Shown here: one piece after another, positions 38,322 to 47,113 of the stretch
Numbering within the stretch: the stretch's first letter is position 1
Layout: each line of letters opens with the position of its first letter
From: a virus
Taxonomy: Duplodnaviria > Caudoviricetes
Reading direction: 5' to 3' (one strand)
IMG/VR virus record: IMGVR_UViG_3300049491_000673
Coordinates: 1 to 52,334 of that record
Length of the DNA stretch: 52,334 bases
Notes under the pieces: model-generated
Database searches by the model: none
What the model was told of the DNA's origin: nothing
What the model saw: the letters and a program-made list of their open reading frames with translations, nothing else
Position numbers and translations under genes: made by a program

Positions 38322-39233
38322 TCAAACCTTCTTTTCGATAGCAGTCTGCTCTGGCCAGATGATCTTGGTCAGAAACGGATATGCGGTTTTGAATGAATCC
38401 TCGACCAACTGCATAGCATTTATCTCGAACATGGCTTTGATTTCGAGCGCAACGAGTCCAACCTCCGCAGCGGTGATCTGTATCTGATCCGCATAGACCA
38501 CCTTATCCGTGGCATATATCTTGAATCTGTATTCATAGTGATTTGGATTCAAAAGCTCATGAATTGCTTTGCGGAATGTCACGAGATGCAGAGCATAGCT
38601 GGCTAGTTCTGACTCAAACTGTAGATTCGGCCCGCCGTTAATCGACTGCACCATGGCATCGAACAGGGCTTTCAGCGCCTTATCCTTGTGAATCGGATAC
38701 AGTTCGTAGTTCATACTGTGCTTGCTTTGAGTCATGAGCAGAATTCGGATCGGATGATATAGCTTGACTCCCCATGAATCCTCGCTCACCGGCTCATCCG
38801 TAAACGGCACGCAGAACTCCTCCATGGCTATGCACGCTGCGGTGGAACCGAAGGTGAGTCTAGCCAGCCCAGCCTTCTGTTGATTCAGCTCGTCGTCCAG
38901 ACTCTCCATCTGCTCACGCAACTCTTGCTTTTGACGCAGTATGGTCAATTCAGCCTGAGTCCTCGGCCACCAATCGAACTCTGCTTTCCTCTGCTCGACG
39001 GTCATATCTCTGACTCTGGCTACAAACTCCCGCCGAATGTAGACTCTCTCCCTGTCTATATCCTCGATCAAATACTCTTCTGGAATCCTGTTGTTATCCA
39101 CCAACCTCTGCATCTGATCCTTGCTGATCTTCCACAGCCTTGCTGCCGTCGCTCTGCGAATCCCGTGCAACTTCACCTGTGCCCGCTGCTGCACAAGAGT
39201 CTCCATGCGCTTGATTTCTGGTACATCGTTCAT
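38322..39233 (-). CDS. Hypothetical protein with N-terminal excisionase/MerR-like HTH and coiled coil
   Basis: IRRATAARLWKISKDQMQRLVDNNRIP...RVYIRRE; AGGAG RBS. Confidence 0.6.
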   Translation of the reverse strand: MNDVPEIKRMETLVQQRAQVKLHGIRRATAARLWKISKDQMQRLVDNNRIPEEYLIEDIDRERVYIRREFVARVRDMTVEQRKAEFDWWPRTQAELTILRQKQELREQMESLDDELNQQKAGLARLTFGSTAACIAMEEFCVPFTDEPVSEDSWGVKLYHPIRILLMTQSKHSMNYELYPIHKDKALKALFDAMVQSINGGPNLQFESELASYALHLVTFRKAIHELLNPNHYEYRFKIYATDKVVYADQIQITAAEVGLVALEIKAMFEINAMQLVEDSFKTAYPFLTKIIWPEQTAIEKKV

Positions 39234-39670
39234 TGTGACTCACTCCTATGGGTGTTTGTATTCCATACTAATATCATATCGTTTGTGCGAACGAATAGTT
39301 TGATCAGACTCCTTAGTATCTGAGTCATGGTCATTGGATTCGAGGGAGCATTGTAGTCGAAGAATAGAAGGTTTGTCAAGGTGTTTGTTGGGAAATTAGT
39401 TGAAGGCGTTTGAGTCAAAGTCAGAAAGTGAGTGCGGCCCCAGCCGCTCCCTGCTCCTGCTGTTTTGATTCCAGTTGCGGTTGAGCATGAGATGTCCGGT
39501 AGCGTTACGCACAGTTTCACGTTCAATATGACTCATGAAAGTTTTACGCACAGCTTTACGATGGCAGCGAATCCGGGATCGGCTAGGGTGCAGGCACGAG
39601 GATGAATCCAATAGCGCAGACGGCTGATGGGGCAGGCCCGGATGAGTCCGGCACTACGCAAGCGGGTGAT

Positions 39671-39837
39671 TGTAACAAGAAAAAGGTGCGCGAGGGCTCT
39701 ATATATAAAGGGGATAAGGCCCTTATTAAAATGGTCATTGTCTATGTAAACAATACGTAAACCAGAACAATGACCGTTACACGAAGGCCCTTATACGAGT
39801 CTGCATGGGTGCATACGCGCACTTTTTTCTTGTTACA
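39671..39837. repeat. 22-bp inverted repeat (1 mismatch) enclosing an AT-rich core with nested repeats
   Basis: TGTAACAAGAAAAAGGTGCGCG (39671-92) vs CGCGCACTTTTTTCTTGTTACA (39816-37); inner GGTCATTGT/ACAATGACC; AAGGCCCTTAT twice. Confidence 0.85.
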
Positions 39838-40017
39838 CAGACCTTGACTCGTAGAACATGAATCCATCTGCGGTTCGAGATTTGATTCCAATGCGGTTTG
39901 ATCTGCGGTTCAGCCTCGGCTCCTCGGCGGCCCGGCGCCGGCCGGTATGGTTAACGCGACCGTGAACGAATCCAGAACGCCACGCTAAGGCCCCTAGCAG
40001 GCCCGTCAGACGCCGAG

Positions 40018-40185
40018 CGAGTCCGCAGGCCATAGGATTGCCTCCTGATCGATGTTCCGCAAGCGTTCACGTTTGATCGAGTCCGCAGGCCCAATGCGCG
40101 CCGATCGATCGAAGGCTGATCGAAAGGCGATCGACCGCCGAGACCGAAGGCCAGGACGAAAATTGATACGATTAGGCCAGGACGA
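40018..40185 (+). repeat. Direct-repeat cluster upstream of the rightward block
   Basis: CGAGTCCGCAGGCC at 40018 and 40078; AGGCCAGGACGA at 40148 and 40174; six GATCGA in 40047-40134. Confidence 0.7.
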
Positions 40186-40211
40186 TTTGCGACATGGAAC
40201 CCGCAGATCAC

Positions 40212-40240
40212 TTGACTTTCAGGCCCAAAACGCCGACACT
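40212..40240 (+). promoter_or_regulatory. Candidate sigma70 promoter TTGACT-N17-GACACT
   Basis: Good -35 and 17-bp spacer; the -10 keeps the conserved A and T; 68 bp before ATG 40309. Confidence 0.4.
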
Positions 40241-40308
40241 TTTCTTGCGGGCGACGCACGCCCGGAAACAGGCCATTCAGGCCAATTGACTCAGAAGGAC
40301 TAACCACC

Positions 40309-41322
40309 ATGGCGAAACAGCCAAACAAGACCGACTCGACCGAAAGCACGGAAACCGGCAGCAATGCCGAACTCGACCAGATCGACCAGACCTTGCAGCA
40401 AGGCGAAGGCGAAGGCTCGACCGAAGGCGAAGGTTCGACCGACTCGACCACGCAGACCGCGCCCGTCTATTCCAATGGCACGACCGACGCCGCGATCATC
40501 GCGAGCGTGAAGAAGGCAATCGGCGGAACCAAGGAAGAAGTCCGCAAGGTGTTTGAGTCCGCAGCCGTAGCGCAACCGGCATTCGACGCCGCCGCCGCAA
40601 TCGCGAGGACCATCAATCTCCCCGTGAAACAGAACGACATTCCCGCAGGAATGCAGGCTGTTGTGGCTGTTGTGGGTGCTCGACTCACCAATGAGACCAC
40701 CAAGAAGAAAGACACAGCGATCCGCGCGCTTGTCATGTTCCCGCTTCCATCGTCCGACGCATTCATGGAGGACGAGAAAGGAATCCAGTGGGTACGCAAG
40801 CTGATCGAGAAGGAGGCCGCCCACGTTGCATTCCGCGCGCTACGCAACGCCGAAGGCCCCGAAGAACTGTTGCTTGCGGCCGAAGGAATGCCCGCCGATG
40901 TTTCGTCCTACGTCGAGCAGTACAACGCGGGCGATGGACTCGACACGACGACGTTTGATATCGTTTGGCCCGCCGTTCGCGAGCACATCAAGAGCAAGAG
41001 CCCGAAGCTTGTGGCGACGTTCAGCCCGAAGGCGGAAATGCTCAAAGGCATTCGTTCCAAGCAGTACGCCGAATCGACGCCGGAATTGCAGCCGCTGGAG
41101 AAGATCGACCTCTTTAACTACATCGCCAAACTCTGCATTTTCGTCGCCGACAACTACATTAACGAGGAGACCAAGCAGGCCGAGCCGCTCGATTCGACCG
41201 AGATTGCCGCTTGGATTGCCAACCGCGCAACCTACGTTCCCGCCGTGCGCGCCACGCCCGAAAAGGACTTTGGCGCTATCGCCGGACTCGACCTCAACAA
41301 TCTGTTGGGCAACATAGGCTGA
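40309..41322 (+). CDS. Hypothetical protein (337 aa), probably abundant and early
   Basis: AAGGA RBS; strongly C-ending codons as in the capsid gene; acidic disordered N-terminus with a GEG(E/S)TE duplication. Confidence 0.8.
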   Translation: MAKQPNKTDSTESTETGSNAELDQIDQTLQQGEGEGSTEGEGSTDSTTQTAPVYSNGTTDAAIIASVKKAIGGTKEEVRKVFESAAVAQPAFDAAAAIARTINLPVKQNDIPAGMQAVVAVVGARLTNETTKKKDTAIRALVMFPLPSSDAFMEDEKGIQWVRKLIEKEAAHVAFRALRNAEGPEELLLAAEGMPADVSSYVEQYNAGDGLDTTTFDIVWPAVREHIKSKSPKLVATFSPKAEMLKGIRSKQYAESTPELQPLEKIDLFNYIAKLCIFVADNYINEETKQAEPLDSTEIAAWIANRATYVPAVRATPEKDFGAIAGLDLNNLLGNIG

Positions 41323-41334
41323 CACGCGAAAGAC

Positions 41335-41356
41335 CCCGGCGCGCAAATGCGCCGGG
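41335..41356 (+). terminator. Stem-loop after the 337-aa gene
   Basis: CCCGGCGC-loop-GCGCCGGG followed by CTTC. Confidence 0.45.
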
Positions 41357-41389
41357 CTTCACTCATTCACACAAGGATTGATTCTCCCA

Positions 41390-41580
41390 ATGACCCGCGT
41401 TCCCGCAGACTTCTATGACATCACGCCAGAGCAGCGAGCCGCTATGATCGAGCGGCGCACGTTTGAGTCCGCATGTTGCGGGAACTCAGGCGCGCCGAAC
41501 GCTGGCCACTCACACAGGCGCTAATCTATAGTGTGGCTGGAATCATCGCACTTGCTTTGCTTGGATTCCTATCCCATTAA
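41390..41580 (+). other. Two overlapping mini-ORFs (41390-41524 and 41473-41580), possibly one frameshifted membrane-protein gene
   Basis: AAGGA before ATG 41390; the second frame encodes a TM helix (ALIYSVAGIIALALLGFL). Confidence 0.35.
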
Positions 41581-41640
41581 TGCGTCACCGGCGGAGGCAA
41601 TCCCGCCCCCGCCGGAACCACTCGACAAGGACTCGACCCT

Positions 41641-41892
41641 ATGACGAAAGCACTTGCTAACTACCGCTTGAACCGTGACGCTTACGAGATCGAGCGTCAC
41701 AACCCATCGCATTCAATCGAATCCGTGAACATCACGCGCGAAGTGACCGAGCGACTTGCTACCATTCAAGACGCCCTCGACCTTCACGCCGTCATCATGG
41801 TTCAGATCGAAGGCCGCGACATGATGCGCGAGCGAATCCGTCAGGCCGAGGACGCATGGCAAGACTTACTTGCACTTTACTTTGAGTCCTAA
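41641..41892 (+). CDS. Hypothetical protein
   Basis: AAGGA RBS; preceded by a CCGGCGG/CCGCCGG hairpin. Confidence 0.65.
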   Translation: MTKALANYRLNRDAYEIERHNPSHSIESVNITREVTERLATIQDALDLHAVIMVQIEGRDMMRERIRQAEDAWQDLLALYFES

Positions 41893-41900
41893 CGCGAATG

Positions 41901-41997
41901 CTTGGCGCAAGTATAGTTTTGCTTGCGCCAAGTATAGTTTTACTTGTGCCAAGTATACTTTGAACCGAGTCAAGTATAGTTTGGGCCACTATACTTG
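41901..41997. repeat. Four iteron-like repeats at 21-bp period plus one inverted copy
   Basis: CAAGTATA(G/C)TTT at 41908, 41929, 41950 and 41971; inverted ACTATACTTG at 41988-41997. Confidence 0.9.
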
Positions 41998-42048
41998 TCT
42001 TTACTCTGATTCTACTTGATACAACTAGGAGTTGAGTCGCCCATAAAT

Positions 42049-42130
42049 CCCCAAAAATTCGTTCAATTTTTTTTTACGACTCGACTGCGCTTCGCTCGTC
42101 TCGTCTAAAAAATTGAACGAATTTTTGGGG
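42049..42130. repeat. Perfect 24-bp inverted repeat forming an 82-nt hairpin/cruciform
   Basis: CCCCAAAAATTCGTTCAATTTTTT (42049-72) and its exact reverse complement (42107-30); the spacer also pairs imperfectly up to a GCG-CTT-CGC tip. Confidence 0.92.
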
Positions 42131-42418
42131 CATGAAGTGCAAGGAAGTAAGGGAAGAAGAGTCCGAGCCACGGGTCTCGGACAAATAGAGTCGACCTAGT
42201 CGGTCGACAAAGACTAAAGGTCGAAGGAGGAGATCAAAGTCAGTGGTAGACCTTGGGACTCCTAATTGCTATGACGGGGGTATAAGCCCCCCATTCTGGA
42301 CTGAGGTGGGCTGCATTAATATGACTCCCAGAATTTTTATATATAAAAAATTTATACCACTCCTATTCTCGTGAGTCAGTAGCAGGGCGTCCTCCTGAAT
42401 CAGAATGATGGTGTAGAA

Positions 42419-43195
42419 ATGGCCGGGCATCCCAACCGAGAAATTCAAGTTGATTCAGACCTCGAAGAGAACCTGAGTCAGATCATCGATGCTATGCCGA
42501 ATCTGGTCAAGGAGGCAGAGGAGAAGCAGCGACAGGAGCTGGATAAGGCAAAGCGGCCAGAGTTGACTCGAATCGCGCAGTTGATCTTGCAGATGGATGC
42601 AAGGGCGATTAGCAGCAGTGAGAGTCAGGAGATGGAGATCAAGAGTGAGTCGAGGAGGAAGTTGGCGGCGAGCCTCGGCTGCACGGCGGATGATCTGCAG
42701 TCAGTAGTGGATTCGTATGGAGAAGATCACTGGCAAGAGATGGTGCTGGAGGAGAGAGTCAGACACGGAATTGCCAGTACGGATATGCGGGACATCAGCT
42801 GGGACAGGCTGGAGTCAGCTACGCTGAAGAAGCTACTGCTGTTGGTGGATGCGAATAAAGTGGGAACGGTGCAAGAGTTATTGCAGATCGCGACCGCAGC
42901 CAACAAGGCGAATCGAGGGCAGCGATCCTCTTCGAGTCAAGGTGCTGGAGGGTTCAATGTACAGCAGAATAATGTCTATTTGCCTGGTAGTCCTGCTGAT
43001 GGTGTTCTGCCTGGAGGTAATCTCGGGAAGATTCATCTCAATCTGGGTCCTAGAGTCGTTCGACAGATAGAGGCGAGTCGGAATATTGATATGACGGGCG
43101 CTCCGGAGTTTGAGGGAAGGAAGCTGGATTCTATTGAGATGCTGGACCTTAAGCAAGTTCAACAGGCCATTACGGATGTGGAGACGCAGAAGTGA
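42419..43195 (+). CDS. Putative terminase small subunit
   Basis: Directly upstream of terL with GTGA overlap; HTH-like LAASLGCTADDLQ; helical. Confidence 0.5.
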   Translation: MAGHPNREIQVDSDLEENLSQIIDAMPNLVKEAEEKQRQELDKAKRPELTRIAQLILQMDARAISSSESQEMEIKSESRRKLAASLGCTADDLQSVVDSYGEDHWQEMVLEERVRHGIASTDMRDISWDRLESATLKKLLLLVDANKVGTVQELLQIATAANKANRGQRSSSSQGAGGFNVQQNNVYLPGSPADGVLPGGNLGKIHLNLGPRVVRQIEASRNIDMTGAPEFEGRKLDSIEMLDLKQVQQAITDVETQK

Positions 43196-44736
43196 CTCAG
43201 GAAGTCACATTAAACAAGCATGAATTGCTAATGGCGATTCGTAAAGAGTGCGTCATGTTCTTGGCATTCTATCTTGGTGAGGAGTTGACTCTCACAGTTC
43301 CAGAGTTCCACATAGAAATTTGGGACGAGTTGCTGGAGATACTGGATCAGGTGAATCAACCTGACCAAGTGATCGGGCATTTGCAGAAGTTGTTTGCAGT
43401 GCCCAGAGAGCACAGTAAATCAACTCTAGCAAAGCTGGCTGTCATCTTATTCATGAGATACAGTCCATTTCGATTCACGATGTACGTGTCCAAAACGAAT
43501 ACGGTGGCCATGCAGGCCATCAAGGACATTATCATGTGGCTAAAGAGTCCACAAGAGCAGGAGTTGTATGGCCCAGTCACGATGGTGAAGAGTAATGAGA
43601 CAGAGTCCCTGTGGATTCTAATCATCTTCCTGGCAGATGGAAGGACACAGAAGCGGATCATTTTCAAAGCGATGGGTTCGAATCAACAGGTTCGTGGCAC
43701 CCTGATCGAAAACATGCGTCCTGAGTTAATTATTCTGGATGATATCGAGGACTTGGACACGGCTGATGATGGGATTCAGCAGAAGAAGCTGAATGAGTGG
43801 GTCATGGGCAGCTTGCTGAAGGCCAGCGCACGTCGCTCTGTGCGAGTGTTCGTCGGAAACATGATTCGAAGCACAACACTCTTGGCGAAGTTGAGTAAGG
43901 ATCCAGAGTGGAATCCAACAGTGTTCGGTGCTTTGGTGAAGGACAAGGTGACGGGCAAGCTGCAAGCACTGTGGGAAGGTCGATGGACAGTCGCTGCGTT
44001 GCTCAAGGATTATATGAGTTATCGTCGACTCGGACTTGGACATGTGTGGGAAGCAGAGATGATGAATCTTGCTGCTGACACGTTGTTAGCCATGAATCTG
44101 GATGGATCAGTGATTGTGCCAGACATAAATCCAGAGGAGTTGACAGCTGGATTCATTTGCCTTGATCCTGCATTCGGACAGAATTCGTGGAATGATGAGT
44201 CAGCGATTACAGTTCACGTGCGCAAACACGGAGTAGGGATACCTATTGTCTGCGATTCGAGGAAAGGGAGATGGACAGAGAGCCAAGTGTTCGACGAGAT
44301 GATGGCACTAAGCTATTACTGGAATCTGGCGACATGGACTATCGAAGCGGCGGCAGCCCAGAAACTCCTGATTCCACTCTTCCGACTCTTTTGCATCGAG
44401 AGAGGGATGCCACCCGACACCTTCACGATTCTCCCTATGACTGGTGGGCAGGAAGCGAAGAGCAGTAGAATCAATGCGTTCCGCCAATCCATCGCAAGTA
44501 AAAGTTACGGTTTGACAGAAAGCCAAATCGAACTCAAGCTAAGGCTGGAGGAATACTCTCCGGATACGAAAGTGCACGATGACTTGTGCGATTCAGGAGC
44601 TTTCGGTCCAATCGTATGGAACATGTACGGTCAGATGATCGAGAGTCAAGGCGTGCAGAGCATGGCTGGAAGGCTCATGCAAGTCAGGAATCAGAACACA
44701 ATGAATCTAGGAGAGCGCGATGTCTGTCTATTCTAA
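43192..44736 (+). CDS. terL: Terminase large subunit
   Basis: VPREHSKST Walker A, IILDDIED Walker B, VFVGN, CLDPA...DES and HDDLCDSG nuclease motifs. Confidence 0.92.
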   Translation: MTQEVTLNKHELLMAIRKECVMFLAFYLGEELTLTVPEFHIEIWDELLEILDQVNQPDQVIGHLQKLFAVPREHSKSTLAKLAVILFMRYSPFRFTMYVSKTNTVAMQAIKDIIMWLKSPQEQELYGPVTMVKSNETESLWILIIFLADGRTQKRIIFKAMGSNQQVRGTLIENMRPELIILDDIEDLDTADDGIQQKKLNEWVMGSLLKASARRSVRVFVGNMIRSTTLLAKLSKDPEWNPTVFGALVKDKVTGKLQALWEGRWTVAALLKDYMSYRRLGLGHVWEAEMMNLAADTLLAMNLDGSVIVPDINPEELTAGFICLDPAFGQNSWNDESAITVHVRKHGVGIPIVCDSRKGRWTESQVFDEMMALSYYWNLATWTIEAAAAQKLLIPLFRLFCIERGMPPDTFTILPMTGGQEAKSSRINAFRQSIASKSYGLTESQIELKLRLEEYSPDTKVHDDLCDSGAFGPIVWNMYGQMIESQGVQSMAGRLMQVRNQNTMNLGERDVCLF

Positions 44737-46717
44737 TGCAAGCGAGCAGAATCTGAAGCCAGCGAAGATTGTGCTGGCGAATTCGAATGGACTCCTGAGC
44801 AAATTGACGGAAGATCAGTACAGTGATCTGAAGGATTATCTGCTGGGCCGTCTCACAAGTGGCAATGTGAATCGAAGCATTCGTTTGACGAGGTACTCTC
44901 GCATCGACCGAATGATCTCCACATGGCAGAAGTTGACTCCAGAGGACAGTCAACGCGAGATTGTGGAGGACAACACGGGCAAGAATCAGGCTCTGCCCAT
45001 GAACCTTCCGATTCTGGCTGCTCACCTGGACGACACGTGTGCGTTCTACGGCGAAGTGTTCTCGAGTCACAGCCGTGACTTCTACACGGTTCCGCCGAAG
45101 ATTCTCTCCGAGCCGACGAAGGCTCTGGCGGAGAAGATGAACAAGGATACGAAGAGTCGAAAATACTACAAGGAACTCGTGTCCGGCCTTCGGAGTCTGA
45201 TTAAGTACAATCTCGGTGGCTACGCAGTCAGATGGGAGGAAGGTGGAGGGCAAGGGGAACTGGCCGAACCGGGCAATCGAATCGAATCTATCGACATGTA
45301 CAACTATCTCTGGGATACCACGGTGCTGGATCCCAGTAAGATTCCGACTGAAGCCGAGTGGGCAGCCAGGGCGACGACGAAGAATCGCATGTGGCTAGAG
45401 CGTGGACAGCTCAACGGGCGGCTGGAGAACGTCGAGAAGGTGCTGTATCCGGATTCGAACACGCTGGCGGAGCGTGAGAGGGCCTATCCGAGCAATGCGC
45501 CGGTAGTGAACGGGAGCATGGGCAGGTACTATAAGCAACCGCCGACCTATGTTGGACTCAGCATGGATGCTACGGACGATCACACGGCCGCTGGGCTCAG
45601 TGCTCCGAACTGGGAGTCCTACGGTCTGTCTCTGGATTCAGAGGGCACCACTCCAATACCCGGCATCGAGGTAGTGGAGATGTACTGCTGGCTGAATCCG
45701 GATCAGTTCGGCCTAATGACTCCCACACAGAGCGGGACTCCGGACCCAAGTCAGCTTGGTGTGGATGCCAATGGGGAGAGCTACAGCCTCTGGAGATTCA
45801 CCATCGTAGGCTCCTGTGAGATCTGCAAGGCTGAACCAGTCAATGGAATCAGCGGTTCACAGCCTGAGATACCACATTATCTCGGATTCATGAGCGTGGA
45901 TGACATGAAAGAGGCACAGAGGAGTGTCATGGAGTTGCTGAAGCCCTTTCAGCGATTCAGTTCCTTCCTGTTTAACATCTTTGTGGCCGGCGCGAGGAAG
46001 AATATATGGGGACTCAAAGGCTACGACCCCACCATGTTCGACATCACAAAGATCAAACAGGGTGATGTGGCCGGATTCCTGGCCTCTATGCAGCCTGGGA
46101 GGGACGTGCGGACGGGTCTGATGACTCTGGATTCGAGCACAGGAACGGACAAGACGATGGAGATGTTGGATGGAGTCATGAATGTGACTCAGAAACTCTT
46201 TCCCAGCCAGTCTTTGCCGTCGCAAGTGGCCGGAATTGATCGTGCGGTGAAGAATCAAGTGGCGGCTGTGATGCAAGGGGCGGTCCGACGGCTCTCCATG
46301 ATTGCGAAGATCATGGATTCTGACATTATGGGTCCGATGCGGCTCCAGTGCTATCGGAATTTGAGTGTGAATGACTCTGAAGGGCTTCAGGGACTCAAAG
46401 AAGAGGACGTTGCGAAGGTTCTGGGTTCCGGATTGAACCAGTTGAACCGAGAATCGGTCGCCAGCGAGGTCAAGGAGATGATCTATGCTGTGATTCAGAA
46501 TCCAGAAGCGTCTCAGACCTATGATGTGGCCGGATTGATGAACTACTGGAGTCAAATGATGGATGCACCCAGTGATTTGGGTGAATTCGTCAAGACTCCG
46601 CCTCCGGCTGCCGCAGCAGGGGCTATTGGGCCTGATGGGCAGCCGATCGCGGCTCCTGGAGTCATGGACGCAAGCGGATTGGCTGGTGGTCAGCCAGTGC
46701 AGGTGCCTGGCATCTGA
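44720..46717 (+). CDS. Portal protein
   Basis: 665 aa between terL and scaffold/capsid; Pro/Ala-rich tail; synteny. Confidence 0.75.
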   Translation: MSVYSNASEQNLKPAKIVLANSNGLLSKLTEDQYSDLKDYLLGRLTSGNVNRSIRLTRYSRIDRMISTWQKLTPEDSQREIVEDNTGKNQALPMNLPILAAHLDDTCAFYGEVFSSHSRDFYTVPPKILSEPTKALAEKMNKDTKSRKYYKELVSGLRSLIKYNLGGYAVRWEEGGGQGELAEPGNRIESIDMYNYLWDTTVLDPSKIPTEAEWAARATTKNRMWLERGQLNGRLENVEKVLYPDSNTLAERERAYPSNAPVVNGSMGRYYKQPPTYVGLSMDATDDHTAAGLSAPNWESYGLSLDSEGTTPIPGIEVVEMYCWLNPDQFGLMTPTQSGTPDPSQLGVDANGESYSLWRFTIVGSCEICKAEPVNGISGSQPEIPHYLGFMSVDDMKEAQRSVMELLKPFQRFSSFLFNIFVAGARKNIWGLKGYDPTMFDITKIKQGDVAGFLASMQPGRDVRTGLMTLDSSTGTDKTMEMLDGVMNVTQKLFPSQSLPSQVAGIDRAVKNQVAAVMQGAVRRLSMIAKIMDSDIMGPMRLQCYRNLSVNDSEGLQGLKEEDVAKVLGSGLNQLNRESVASEVKEMIYAVIQNPEASQTYDVAGLMNYWSQMMDAPSDLGEFVKTPPPAAAAGAIGPDGQPIAAPGVMDASGLAGGQPVQVPGI

Positions 46718-46796
46718 TTCAAGCGGTCCCCGGAGACCGAACGCGCCAGCGTTCGGTCGAGGAGACCTATACGAAGGACATAGGGGAAACAGAGTC

Positions 46797-47054
46797 ATGA
46801 ATCTCAGAGAAGTATTTAGCGAGTTGAGTGAGGAGGACAAGACCAGTGTTGCGAAGGCGATTCTGGTTTTGAACAATACTGGATTCCTGAACGAGATCAG
46901 CATCCAGAACAAGGAGCACATGCTGTCGGCGGTCAGGGAAGTGGCGCATCAAGGTGATTCGCACCGCTTCACGGCTGGCTGTGTGAGGTTTAATATGATG
47001 GAGGAGTTCCTTCGCACCCTCCATGATCTCACGAGTCACCTGGACAAGGAATAG
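46797..47054 (+). CDS. Hypothetical protein (85 aa)
   Basis: AGGGG RBS; small gene in the usual position between portal and scaffold. Confidence 0.6.
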   Translation: MNLREVFSELSEEDKTSVAKAILVLNNTGFLNEISIQNKEHMLSAVREVAHQGDSHRFTAGCVRFNMMEEFLRTLHDLTSHLDKE

Positions 47055-47113
47055 CGGTTTAGTAAGGTATATTGAGTCAAGATTGGAACCTCAAAACGGA
47101 AGGCACGAGTGAA

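Noticed and set aside
39230-39611. ORFs 39230-39526 and 39396-39611
   Set aside because: No convincing RBS and atypical composition; more likely leader or control sequence.
41901-41997. Mini CRISPR array
   Set aside because: The period is only 21 bp with ~9-bp related spacers, too short for CRISPR; no cas operon.
45857-46921. Long antisense ORFs (also 9305-10084, 33804-34568, 48553-49167)
   Set aside because: Shadow frames of well-supported genes with biased codon usage; no RBS or motifs.
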